Below are positions 19,788-28,711 of a stretch of DNA of 64,000 bases, in pieces (the stretch's first letter is position 1; each line of letters starts with the position of its first letter). Location of the stretch: the IMG/VR virus record IMGVR_UViG_3300031703_000001, positions 32,001 through 96,000 of that record; one strand, 5' to 3'. The stretch comes from a virus. The notes under the pieces were generated by a model. The model was not told where the DNA came from. It ran no database searches and was given only the letters and a program-made list of their open reading frames with translations. The position numbers and the translations under genes were made by a program.

Positions 19788-19824
19788 TGCGTTTTATAAA
19801 ATTAACAGTAAAATAGAAACTAAA

Positions 19825-21456
19825 ATGAAAAACATAAAATTTAATACAGAAGCTAGAAATGGCTTGAAAGATGGAGTTGATGCCCTGGCAAATGCTGTAA
19901 AGGTAACATTAGGCCCAAAAGGAAGAAATGTAATTATTAGTAAATTCTTTGGAGGACCTCAAGTTACTAAAGATGGTGTTACAGTTGCAAAAGAAATTGA
20001 ACTTGAAGACCCCTTAGAAAATATGGGTGCTCAAATGGTTAAAGAAGTTGCTTCTAAGACTAATGATCTTGCAGGTGATGGAACTACAACCGCTACTGTA
20101 TTAGCTCAGGCTATAATACATGAAGGTTTAAAGAATGTTGCAGCAGGCGCTAATCCAATGGATTTAAAAAGAGGGATTGATAAAGCTGTTTCAGTAATAG
20201 TTGCAAATTTACATGAACAATCTATAACAATAGGTGATTCATTAGATAGACTAAAACAAGTGGCTTCTATTTCTGCAAACAATGATGCTGAAATTGGTGA
20301 TTTAATTGCCAATGCATTTACCAAAGTTGGTAAAGAAGGTGTTATTACTGTAGAAGAGGCTAAAGGTATGGAAACATATGTTGATGTTGTGGAAGGAATG
20401 CAATTTGATAGAGGTTTCTTATCTCCTTACTTTGTAACTAACCCGGATAAGATGAGTGCTGAACTAGAAAATCCATACATTTTAATAGTTGATAGAAAAA
20501 TATCTAATATGAAAGACCTACTTCCTATATTGGAACCGGTTGCTCAAACAGGTAAAGGTTTATTGATTGTTGCAGAAGATGTTGACGGAGAAGCCTTAGC
20601 TACCTTAGTAGTGAACAAATTAAGAGGTGGTCTTAAGATTGCTGCAGTTAAAGCTCCTGGCTTTGGTGCAAGAAGAAAAGACATGCTTGAAGATTTGGCA
20701 ATATTAACGGGTGCAACAGTTATCTCTGAAGAGAAAGGTGTTACTCTTGATGATGTTAGTATTGATATGTTAGGACATGCTTCATCTGTATCTGTAGATA
20801 AAGACAACACTACCATTATAAATGGTTCAGGTGATCAGGATAAACTTAATGCAAGAATTATTCAGATAAAGGGTCAAATAGAGACAATGGAAAGTGCTTA
20901 TGAGACAGAAAGATTGCAAGAACGTTTAGCTAAGTTAGCAGGTGGTGTTGCAGTTTTATATGTTGGTGCAGCTTCTGAAGTTGAAATGAGAGAAAAGAAA
21001 GATAGAGTTGATGATGCACTTGCTGCAACAAAAGCTGCTGTTGAAGAAGGTGTAGTTGCTGGAGGCGGTGTTGCTTTGCTTAGAGCTGGTTTAATACTTG
21101 AAGGATTGGTAAGCCCAACTCCTGATGAAAGTGTTGGTATTGGTATTATTGCAAAAGCAATCTTAGCTCCATTCAAAACTATCTGTGAAAATGCAGGTGT
21201 TAGTGCTGATGTAAAATTAGACGGTGTATTATCTAGACCAAGTGGAACTGGATATGATGCAAAGGATGATGCGTATGTTGAAATGTTTGATGCAGGGATT
21301 ATTGATCCGTGTAAAGTAACTAGAGTTGCATTAGAAAATGCAGCTTCTGTTTCTGGAATGATTTTAACTACGGAATGTGCTTTGGTGAATACTACAGGTA
21401 AACCATCTGCAGGAGACATGCCTGAAATGCCAGGTGGAATGCCCGGAATGATGTAG
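19825..21456 (+). CDS. groEL: group I chaperonin GroEL
   Basis: [52 protein letters not shown] tail. Confidence 0.98.
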   Translation: MKNIKFNTEARNGLKDGVDALANAVKVTLGPKGRNVIISKFFGGPQVTKDGVTVAKEIELEDPLENMGAQMVKEVASKTNDLAGDGTTTATVLAQAIIHEGLKNVAAGANPMDLKRGIDKAVSVIVANLHEQSITIGDSLDRLKQVASISANNDAEIGDLIANAFTKVGKEGVITVEEAKGMETYVDVVEGMQFDRGFLSPYFVTNPDKMSAELENPYILIVDRKISNMKDLLPILEPVAQTGKGLLIVAEDVDGEALATLVVNKLRGGLKIAAVKAPGFGARRKDMLEDLAILTGATVISEEKGVTLDDVSIDMLGHASSVSVDKDNTTIINGSGDQDKLNARIIQIKGQIETMESAYETERLQERLAKLAGGVAVLYVGAASEVEMREKKDRVDDALAATKAAVEEGVVAGGGVALLRAGLILEGLVSPTPDESVGIGIIAKAILAPFKTICENAGVSADVKLDGVLSRPSGTGYDAKDDAYVEMFDAGIIDPCKVTRVALENAASVSGMILTTECALVNTTGKPSAGDMPEMPGGMPGMM

Positions 21457-21465
21457 TAACTTACA

Positions 21466-21517
21466 TAATAATAATTAATGAGGGGAACAATATCAACTGT
21501 TCCCCTCTTATTATTTT
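21466..21517. terminator. bidirectional terminator where the two arms converge
   Basis: Perfect 10-bp stem GAGGGGAACA/TGTTCCCCTC with A/T-rich flanks between convergent genes. Confidence 0.85.
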
Positions 21518-21540
21518 ATAAATATATTATTAAATTCTAA

Positions 21541-23706
21541 TTATTCCCACATTACTACATTTACTGCTGCATTGATTGCTTTTGCATCTATACTAACCAT
21601 ATTAATTGAATATCCAGTAGTTGTTTTTTTATTTACCCAACCACGTGTTCCACCACCCATTACATTTGTATCTTCAAAAGTTAAATTAACCATATAATCT
21701 GCATTGGAAACTCCAGTTGCAAATGTAACATCATATATTCCTACCGGACCTTGTTTAACCATAAAGGCTCCAAGATTAGATATACTGTTAGTATTACTTA
21801 AAGCAACTGTATCACCTTGAACGGCAACACTTTTAATAGTACCAAAAACAGCCAAAGGTCCTATACCTATTAACTTCTTTACATCGTCCATTGTTACTTT
21901 ATGGACATTTTGAGATTTAGCATCATGAAACATGATATAATCATCAAGATCTATTTGAGAAACTACAGGTGCTGAATAAACAACATTATCAAGACCTAAA
22001 TAATCAACCTCAACTGTGCTACCAGATATTGTAACACCTGGGCCTCCAGTATATGAACCACCTGTACCATTTGATGCAGAAGTAATACGTCCTTGTTGAT
22101 CAACTGTAATATTAGCTGCTGTATAAGTACCTGCTGACACAGCTGTATTATCAAGACTTATTTGTATTGAATCTGTAGCTTGAGAAACAGTAGTTAAACC
22201 TATACCACCTTTTAATAATAAAGTATCACCATCACTAATTGTCTGTGCTGCACCAGTATCACCTGTTGCTATCCAATGTGTACTTAAACCTGAAGTCCAT
22301 GGTATATTAACCACGGCTTGATTTTGATCATTGAATTGAACACCATAAGTTCTATCATCCACATTAGTTATTGAATTTACTGCAGTAGTTTGAACAAGAT
22401 CGCTATATAATTTAACACCTCCAATTGTGGTTGATGTTGCATATGGGAGTGAACTTTGTATCCAAGGTACATTAACAACCAATTGCCCATTATCATTAAA
22501 TTGAACACCGTAAGTTCTTTTAGCAACTTCAGATACTCCTTCAGCAATAATTGTCTGAACTGTATCAAACCTAAGTTTACCAATACCTTGAATAACTGAT
22601 GTCATTACCGGTACTGCTGAAGGAATAATTGGAAAAGTAACAAGATTACCTAACCCATTAATATAATCATTAGATGTACCATTTGCTGTTATATCAACAT
22701 CTGCATTTGTAGTTGGATTACTTACAGTAACACTAAATGCTGTTCCAGCATGAGTTGCTCCTACACTAACTACAGAACCGCTACCTCCACCACCTGTTGC
22801 ATAATTGGGAACATTTAATATTCCACTTATTAAGGTAGATGGCCCTGATGTTCCAGTTGTTGTTAAACCTGTAACAATACCTTGAGGTCCTAAAGCAAGT
22901 ATATCTTGTAAATTAACAGCATGAACTGTATCATCATCTTTATCACTAAACATGAAATAATCATCAAGCGCAACTGCTGATGATCCACTTGCAAGAATAA
23001 TGTTTTGGTCAGTTGAATATAATGCTCCAATAATAGGATCTACACTAGTCCCTGTTAACTCTAAACCTGCAGCTACATTAACACTTGTTACTGTACCATA
23101 AGTTGTATCAACCCAAGTAACGTTTGTTCCTGTTGAACTTAATACTTGACCTGCTGCACCCGGAGAACTAGCTCCATCATATAAATGACCTTGAATGCCA
23201 ACGCTTGCTTCAAAAGTTACTAATTCAGTATCTGAATCAGATCCAATACTTAAATTTCCTGGAGATTGAACCATTGCTATTGGTCCAGCATCCCCTATTG
23301 TTGTGGCACTTGTCCACATTGCTATATTATTAATAGTACCTGATCCTCCTATTTCACTAGCAGCATCAATTTTTATAACACCAGCTGTATCAGTCAATGT
23401 TATATTAGTTCCTGCTTCAAGTGTAACTAAATCAATTGTAGAATCAGATCCTACAAGTGTTAAGTCAACATTTAAACCAGATTGAGCACTAACTAAATCA
23501 TATGTAGTATCATTACTTGGAAGAGCAGCTATAAAATCATCCATACGTATAATGAATGGTTCCATTTTAGGCGCGTAACTAGCACCCGTATTCAAACTGC
23601 TATTCTTTACTCTACCAAATTCAATATAATCTGATGAAAGTTTAAGAATGTCTTTTCTTTTTCCAATTTTTAAGAGACCTAAAACCTCTTGTATAAATAT
23701 ACTCAT
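21541..23706 (-). CDS. fibre/spike-like virion protein with internal repeats
   Basis: 721 aa, G/T/S/V-rich; GTYTAANITVDQQGRITSA fibre motif; duplicated RTYGVQFND..VVN.PW units. Confidence 0.7.
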   Translation of the reverse strand: MSIFIQEVLGLLKIGKRKDILKLSSDYIEFGRVKNSSLNTGASYAPKMEPFIIRMDDFIAALPSNDTTYDLVSAQSGLNVDLTLVGSDSTIDLVTLEAGTNITLTDTAGVIKIDAASEIGGSGTINNIAMWTSATTIGDAGPIAMVQSPGNLSIGSDSDTELVTFEASVGIQGHLYDGASSPGAAGQVLSSTGTNVTWVDTTYGTVTSVNVAAGLELTGTSVDPIIGALYSTDQNIILASGSSAVALDDYFMFSDKDDDTVHAVNLQDILALGPQGIVTGLTTTGTSGPSTLISGILNVPNYATGGGGSGSVVSVGATHAGTAFSVTVSNPTTNADVDITANGTSNDYINGLGNLVTFPIIPSAVPVMTSVIQGIGKLRFDTVQTIIAEGVSEVAKRTYGVQFNDNGQLVVNVPWIQSSLPYATSTTIGGVKLYSDLVQTTAVNSITNVDDRTYGVQFNDQNQAVVNIPWTSGLSTHWIATGDTGAAQTISDGDTLLLKGGIGLTTVSQATDSIQISLDNTAVSAGTYTAANITVDQQGRITSASNGTGGSYTGGPGVTISGSTVEVDYLGLDNVVYSAPVVSQIDLDDYIMFHDAKSQNVHKVTMDDVKKLIGIGPLAVFGTIKSVAVQGDTVALSNTNSISNLGAFMVKQGPVGIYDVTFATGVSNADYMVNLTFEDTNVMGGGTRGWVNKKTTTGYSINMVSIDAKAINAAVNVVMWE

Positions 23707-23730
23707 AATATTGTTTGTTTATTTTACTTA

Positions 23731-23907
23731 TTATCTACCGCAACCTGGTTTCCATTTTGCTCCACCAGATTTTCTTCTAGCTCTTCTTCTGGCTCTTTTA
23801 GCTTTACCACCCGGACCTGGAGTAGAATCAGTAGATTCAACACCTGAGTAAAACCCAGATACATCTCCACCATCCATGAATTTCTTTGTTAATAATTTAT
23901 TATTCAT
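23731..23907 (-). CDS. 58-aa basic micro-protein (not in ORF track)
   Basis: MNNKLLTKKFMDGGDVSGFYSGVESTDSTPGPGGKAKRARRRARRKSGGAKWKPGCGR; fills the gap between two - strand genes. Confidence 0.7.
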   Translation of the reverse strand: MNNKLLTKKFMDGGDVSGFYSGVESTDSTPGPGGKAKRARRRARRKSGGAKWKPGCGR

Positions 23908-23919
23908 AATATTGTTTAT

Positions 23920-24381
23920 TTATTTTCTATTTTCTGCACTTGTACCATAGTAGTATGCAAATATGTTACTTATTACCACACCTTCAATCATACCCATTAA
24001 ATGTACAAAGAGATCATTCTCAAGTACTGCAGGTATATAAACCACAGCATAAATCATAAAAATGAAAGAGAATAAACCTGTTAAACCGGTTGCCAGCATC
24101 ATCCAATCTTGTTTGTTGGTCTTAGCTATTTCAACTTCTCTTTTTCTTGCTGAATCTCTATCTGCTACTTCTAAAGCATACATTTCTTGAACATAAGTAT
24201 CTGCTATTATTTTATCTTCAGCAGATATATTAGGATCACTCTTTATAAGATTGCTAACCATACCCAATACACCAGCATCTGGTAACAGATCCCCAGCAAT
24301 ATTCAATATACCTGGAGCTACCTTCATTAGGAACTTACCAAATTTGGTATCTCTAAATTTCTTTTTTGGTGTATCACTCAT
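23920..24381 (-). CDS. holin-like membrane protein (3TM/GTA-holin-like)
   Basis: LEVADRDSARKRE followed by two TM helices ending AYYYGTS. Confidence 0.65.
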   Translation of the reverse strand: MSDTPKKKFRDTKFGKFLMKVAPGILNIAGDLLPDAGVLGMVSNLIKSDPNISAEDKIIADTYVQEMYALEVADRDSARKREVEIAKTNKQDWMMLATGLTGLFSFIFMIYAVVYIPAVLENDLFVHLMGMIEGVVISNIFAYYYGTSAENRK

Positions 24382-24386
24382 AATTA

Positions 24387-24665
24387 CTAAATTATTGGTG
24401 TTATAGCTGTTATAATTCCGTTGACAACTGTCACATCTTTATCATCCGCACTGATAAATTTACCTGTTGCACCAACAACTGGAGCAGGTAATATCAAAGT
24501 TTTCAATGACTTAATTGTTATTAAATCAGTTTCAACCTTTGGGTGAGGTTTCATTCTTTCTTGAGCGGTAGCATACCTTGCTATAGCAATATAATCTTCT
24601 GTTCTAGGTGTTACAGCTTTCTTTCTTGAAAGCATTCCCATCATGTCTTGTAGTAGAGTACTCAT
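24387..24665 (-). CDS. small virion protein sharing its N-terminal domain with the neighbouring fibre genes
   Basis: 92 aa; N-terminus aligns with the 721-aa and 447-aa ORFs; C-terminal VTVVNGIITAI fibre-like strand. Confidence 0.6.
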   Translation of the reverse strand: MSTLLQDMMGMLSRKKAVTPRTEDYIAIARYATAQERMKPHPKVETDLITIKSLKTLILPAPVVGATGKFISADDKDVTVVNGIITAITPII

Positions 24666-24669
24666 ATGT

Positions 24670-26013
24670 TTAATTTTTTATTGTATGTATTGACCATGTT
24701 ATGCTTATTTCATCTTCTGTTTGTATATTATCAAATGAAAATCCAAAAGCAGCATAACCGGCTTCATCTATAGGTGTTGTTAGAGTTACTATTGTTTCTC
24801 CACAACTAATAGTTGCTCCATTATTTGAAAATGTAGTAAGTGTTGTATCATTTTGAACATCTTGTACTGCCCATTTACCACCAGCATTTGCCATATCACT
24901 ACATTTAAAATGACCTAAAAAAGTTTTAGGCTTAATTGGTAAATTAGGATCATATCTATTAATAGAGAACAAGTAAGATAGTTTAATTTTATCTCCAACA
25001 GCTAGTATTTTATTTAAAGGAATAGAAGAATATCCAGGAAGGTCGTTAATATACCATGATATTGCTGAAGAAGTGTTATACTCACCATCAGTCCAATTAT
25101 TTAAATAAGGAGATGTTGTTGATACACCTCTAACAACTTCTGTTCCGTATGTTATATAATTATCATTAGTCATATTAGGCCAACTAAGACGGTCTGCATT
25201 TACTGCCATAAAAGCATGTCCTGATGCTATTGTATCTTGAGTTGAACCACCACCACCTGATCCTGAAGCAGCATTGGTAATTTGACCTTGTGCATTAACA
25301 GTTACAGTACTATTTGTATATGTTCCTGGCACAACTGCTGTATCAGTAAGATTAACTAATACTTTTGTACCACTTGCACCTTCAGTATTTATTCCTGTCC
25401 CACCTTCAATGTCAACTATTGAACCATCAACAACTACTTGGTTAGTACCAGCATCACCTCCAATTATAAAGCTACTCATTGTACCACCACCACCACTTGC
25501 TGCTGCTAAATTAATTGTATCAGCTAATTGAGTGATAGTTACTGAACCATCATTTGAGGTTAAAGATTTAAAGTTTAATGTTTCACCAACCTTATCTTTC
25601 CATACACCTACACCTACACCTACATTAGCTGCAGTATTAGGCTCACCTGTTGTAGTAAACTCAACATAATCATTATCTAATGATGTAGAAATTGTAAGAT
25701 TAGTACTTAATGACTTTAAAGTTCTGAATGATACAGTACACTTTTGTGTTTCTTTATCAACTTCAGTTTTTTGATATACACCAGCGCTATTTGAAGCTGG
25801 TATAGCAGGAACATTAACATGATCACAATGTTCTGCAGCAATTTTAAAATCTTTTATTTTGATAAGTTTAACAGACTTGTATGGAATAGGTGATGCAATA
25901 CCTGTCATTTCAGGTTCTTCATTGATACCCAATACCAGTACATCATTAGGGCCTGCTTCAGTAGCAAACTTCTTACGTTTAAATAAACTTAGTACGTCAG
26001 TTAAAATGTTCAT
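24670..26013 (-). CDS. fibre-like virion protein
   Basis: 447 aa; NTAANVGVG..LNFKSL and GTYTNSTVTVNAQGQITNA fibre motifs. Confidence 0.7.
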   Translation of the reverse strand: MNILTDVLSLFKRKKFATEAGPNDVLVLGINEEPEMTGIASPIPYKSVKLIKIKDFKIAAEHCDHVNVPAIPASNSAGVYQKTEVDKETQKCTVSFRTLKSLSTNLTISTSLDNDYVEFTTTGEPNTAANVGVGVGVWKDKVGETLNFKSLTSNDGSVTITQLADTINLAAASGGGGTMSSFIIGGDAGTNQVVVDGSIVDIEGGTGINTEGASGTKVLVNLTDTAVVPGTYTNSTVTVNAQGQITNAASGSGGGGSTQDTIASGHAFMAVNADRLSWPNMTNDNYITYGTEVVRGVSTTSPYLNNWTDGEYNTSSAISWYINDLPGYSSIPLNKILAVGDKIKLSYLFSINRYDPNLPIKPKTFLGHFKCSDMANAGGKWAVQDVQNDTTLTTFSNNGATISCGETIVTLTTPIDEAGYAAFGFSFDNIQTEDEISITWSIHTIKN

Positions 26014-26015
26014 AT

Positions 26016-26309
26016 CTATTTTTTCCTTTTACTATTTATATGAGGAGATGGGTCACCACCATTCATATAGTTTGGGTTTTTTCTTTTGTTCTTAGAAGGC
26101 CCAGAACTTGTCCAACCTCCCATTTTATATTCTTGCATGCTTTCAGAACCATCTGCTTTAGATGCTAATCTTTTAGCGTTGCCACCTTTTTTCATCTTAT
26201 CAACCATAGATCCATACATGATGTCATCTAATTCACCACCACCTTGTTTACACAAAAGTTTTGATTTTTGTTTGGTCATCTTTTGACTTTGTAATCCTTG
26301 TCTCTTCAT
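26016..26309 (-). CDS. basic low-complexity protein with four x-x-x-GG motifs
   Basis: CKQGGG, MKKGG, YKMGG and YMNGG in 97 aa. Confidence 0.7.
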   Translation of the reverse strand: MKRQGLQSQKMTKQKSKLLCKQGGGELDDIMYGSMVDKMKKGGNAKRLASKADGSESMQEYKMGGWTSSGPSKNKRKNPNYMNGGDPSPHINSKRKK

Positions 26310-26321
26310 TGTTTGTTGTTA

Positions 26322-26465
26322 TTAAAAATCCAATGTGAAAGTTATAAAAAATAAATATAACTTTAATGTATTATAGTTATGATCTTTATCAGGATTAAGG
26401 TGCTCCCATCCTAAAGCAAATCTATCATGCGGCCAGTGAAAGGCTATTTCTAAAGTCCAACCCAT
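26322..26465 (-). CDS. 47-aa beta-strand-rich micro-protein (not in ORF track)
   Basis: MGWTLEIAFHWPHDRFALGWEHLNPDKDHNYNTLKLYLFFITFTLDF; tightly packed with neighbours. Confidence 0.65.
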   Translation of the reverse strand: MGWTLEIAFHWPHDRFALGWEHLNPDKDHNYNTLKLYLFFITFTLDF

Positions 26466-26467
26466 AA

Positions 26468-26590
26468 TTATTTGCAGTTACAATTCTTACAATCACAGTT
26501 ATCTGAGATTGAACAATTTTCTTTTTTACAGTAACCCAAACATAATTTACCAAAGGTTACCCATCTGATAAACAAACATACATTTTTCAT
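26468..26590 (-). CDS. 40-aa cysteine-rich micro-protein (not in ORF track)
   Basis: MKNVCLFIRWVTFGKLCLGYCKKENCSISDNCDCKNCNCK, 8 Cys; downstream of a promoter motif; stop 2 nt before the next ATG. Confidence 0.6.
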   Translation of the reverse strand: MKNVCLFIRWVTFGKLCLGYCKKENCSISDNCDCKNCNCK

Positions 26591-26635
26591 AATTTTCAAT
26601 TTATATTTATAATTGCACTATGCACTTTATACTAT

Positions 26636-26646
26636 TAATATACAAA
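26636..26646 (-). promoter_or_regulatory. candidate phage late promoter TTTGTATATTA
   Basis: Identical 11-mer upstream of - strand genes at 26636, 27417 and 58438. Confidence 0.55.
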
Positions 26647-26678
26647 TTTATTACTACTTTAACAAATATAAAGGGTAC

Positions 26679-27002
26679 CTACTTATTCTTAAGTCTTTCA
26701 TTATCCTTACTAAGGAAGTCTACTTTGACATGTAATGTACTTACTTCCTTTGTCAAGGTAAGTATTTGTTTAATCATTACATCTTTTTCATCTGAGCTAT
26801 CTGATAGTAATTGTTCTAATCTTTTAACTCTCTCTCTCAAATCATCTCTATACATATTCTGGTCTGTCCTGTCAAGGGACTCTATTTCTGTTCTTAACTT
26901 AATCTTCTTCTCATAAAATCTCCATGCTCCTGCAGAAAATAAAACGGTTACCATTGTTACTATGACATTGGTTATGTTATCATACTGATTTATATCTATC
27001 AT
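26679..27002 (-). CDS. single-TM plus coiled-coil protein (holin/antiholin-like)
   Basis: N-terminal TM (VIVTMVTVLFSAGAW) followed by a long heptad coiled coil. Confidence 0.55.
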   Translation of the reverse strand: MIDINQYDNITNVIVTMVTVLFSAGAWRFYEKKIKLRTEIESLDRTDQNMYRDDLRERVKRLEQLLSDSSDEKDVMIKQILTLTKEVSTLHVKVDFLSKDNERLKNK

Positions 27003-27364
27003 TTTTGTTTTCTATAAAATTGTGATGTAACTTGTGTTAAGTTTATAAATGACATGATCAAGGGAAGAAACCACATCCAATTACTTGGATCCATAATGCC
27101 TCCATTTAATACTAATAAAACTAAAACAACCATTGAAAAAAGAAAAGAACCATAAGCTAGCGTTTTTCTAGCGCGTAAAGATTCAACACATGTGCCTTTT
27201 ATTAAAGAGCCTCCAAGTAACACACTTATAACAATAAGCACTGCTTGAATACCAAATTGGCAAGACCAGATTATTGGAAAAAAAACAAGCCAAACAAGGC
27301 CTATCAGTATCTCTAATGGTTCTGAGTCATAGTATTTTAAAATATTACTTAATTTTTTTAACAT
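26999..27364 (-). CDS. four-TM membrane protein (holin-like)
   Basis: Four hydrophobic segments and a basic C-terminus; coupled to the next gene. Confidence 0.6.
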   Translation of the reverse strand: MLKKLSNILKYYDSEPLEILIGLVWLVFFPIIWSCQFGIQAVLIVISVLLGGSLIKGTCVESLRARKTLAYGSFLFSMVVLVLLVLNGGIMDPSNWMWFLPLIMSFINLTQVTSQFYRKQK

Positions 27365-27384
27365 TACATGTATATATAAAATAG

Positions 27385-27401
27385 TATATTTGCTACCTTT
27401 G
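27385..27401 (+). promoter_or_regulatory. tandem Bacteroidetes -7 elements upstream of the nrd island
   Basis: TATATTTG (27385) and TACCTTTG (27394) in a divergent intergenic region. Confidence 0.45.
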
Positions 27402-27416
27402 CAATGTATACATTAA

Positions 27417-27427
27417 TAATATACAAA
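27417..27427 (-). promoter_or_regulatory. candidate phage late promoter TTTGTATATTA
   Basis: Upstream of the holin-like pair. Confidence 0.55.
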
Positions 27428-27437
27428 AAATTCACTT

Positions 27438-27626
27438 ATGAATAAAGCAAATCCCTTAATTTTTAAAAATAAAATAGCTTTAGAGTTACTCCCAACAGAG
27501 ACTCTAGTAGGCATAAAAACAATCAATTGTGAAGTCCTATGTGAGGATGACAAATACCGTAAAGTATATGGTGTAGAATTAGGATTCCTGTTTTTCACAT
27601 TTAGTTATCTAAATATGGTTACATAG
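27438..27626 (+). CDS. 62-aa beta-strand-rich hypothetical protein
   Basis: ORF downstream of TAnnTTTG elements; ends VELGFLFFTFSYLNMVT. Confidence 0.55.
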   Translation: MNKANPLIFKNKIALELLPTETLVGIKTINCEVLCEDDKYRKVYGVELGFLFFTFSYLNMVT

Positions 27627-27663
27627 ATTTTCTATTCTCAAATAAATTCCTTAAATTAATATG

Positions 27664-27694
27664 AGCTGTATTTCCATCTGGGAATATGGCTTTT
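27664..27694 (+). promoter_or_regulatory. hairpin upstream of nrdB (terminator or attenuator-like)
   Basis: AGCTGTATTTCC-ATCT-GGGAATATGGCT stem with G.U pairs and a short T run. Confidence 0.45.
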
Positions 27695-27720
27695 ATATCC
27701 TTAAATAAACAAAGTCAAGT

Positions 27721-28701
27721 ATGAACAAAAACATTTTTTTACCAAGAACTAACATATTACCGTATGAATATCCGCAACTCCTAGCATACAAAGATGCTAT
27801 CAGACACTCCTATTGGATTGACACAGAGTTTAACTTTACAGAAGATATTCAAGATTTCAAAGTTACAATTAATGCAAAAGAAAGAGATGTCATTAAAAAG
27901 ACAATGCTTGCTATTGCTCAAATAGAAGTTAATGTAAAGACCTTCTGGGCAGATATGTACAAACGTATGCCTATCACGGAGATAGGAGATGTAGGTATGA
28001 CCTTTGCTGAATCTGAAGTAAGACACAAAGATGCCTACGCTAGATTATTAAGAATACTAGGTTTAGAAAATGAATTTAAAAATGTCATTGAAGTACCTGC
28101 TATAAAAAATAGAATTAAGTACTTAAAGAAGTACCTGGATGGAACAAGAAGTAGAGATGATAAAATGTACACTAAATCAGTGTTATTATTTTCTTTATTT
28201 ATTGAGCATGTAAGTTTGTTCAGTCAGTTCTTAATTATGATGTCTTTCAACAAAGAGAAAAATCTTTTTAAAGGTATTTCTAATGTAGTTGAAGCAACAA
28301 GTAAAGAAGAAGAAATTCATGGTAACTTTGGTATAGAAATAATCAACATTATCAAATCAGAAAACCCTGAGTGGTTTAATGAAGAATTTGAAAATCTTAT
28401 TGATTCTGCATGTAAAAAAGCATATGCTGCTGAATGTGATATCTTAGATTGGATATTTGCTAAAGGTGAGCTTGACTTCCTACCTGTGGAAACAATTAAG
28501 CACTTTATTAAGAATAGATTTAACAATTCTTTAAAGAGTATAGGTATGAAAGAGATCTTTGATGTTGATTTTGATGTCTTAGAATCTACACGCTGGTTTG
28601 ATGTAGAAATTACAGCAACCAAAGAAGGAGACTTCTTCTATAAGAAGCAAGTTGACTACAACAAAAAAAGTAAGAGTATAACAGAAGATGATTTATTTTA
28701 A
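27721..28701 (+). CDS. nrdB: ribonucleotide reductase small subunit, class Id-like
   Basis: QIEVNVKTFW (E69, K73), ESEVRHKDAY (E99, H102, Y106), IEHVSLFSQF, EEEIH, DFF..KQVDY tail. Confidence 0.93.
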   Translation: MNKNIFLPRTNILPYEYPQLLAYKDAIRHSYWIDTEFNFTEDIQDFKVTINAKERDVIKKTMLAIAQIEVNVKTFWADMYKRMPITEIGDVGMTFAESEVRHKDAYARLLRILGLENEFKNVIEVPAIKNRIKYLKKYLDGTRSRDDKMYTKSVLLFSLFIEHVSLFSQFLIMMSFNKEKNLFKGISNVVEATSKEEEIHGNFGIEIINIIKSENPEWFNEEFENLIDSACKKAYAAECDILDWIFAKGELDFLPVETIKHFIKNRFNNSLKSIGMKEIFDVDFDVLESTRWFDVEITATKEGDFFYKKQVDYNKKSKSITEDDLF

Positions 28702-28711
28702 AAAACAAAAC

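Noticed and set aside
20898-21419. Antisense ORFs in the track (e.g. 173 aa opposite groEL, 149 aa at 41465, many of 60-110 aa)
   Set aside because: They lie wholly opposite or out of frame within well-supported genes and have shadow-ORF composition.
23648-23851. + strand 67-aa ORF with a hydrophobic LLALLLALLAL stretch
   Set aside because: It is the antisense shadow of the Arg-rich 58-aa - strand ORF, which fits the operon direction and spacing.
24720-24730. TTTGTATATTA copy on the + strand
   Set aside because: It is inside a CDS, antisense, with no downstream + gene; one chance match is plausible in AT-rich DNA.
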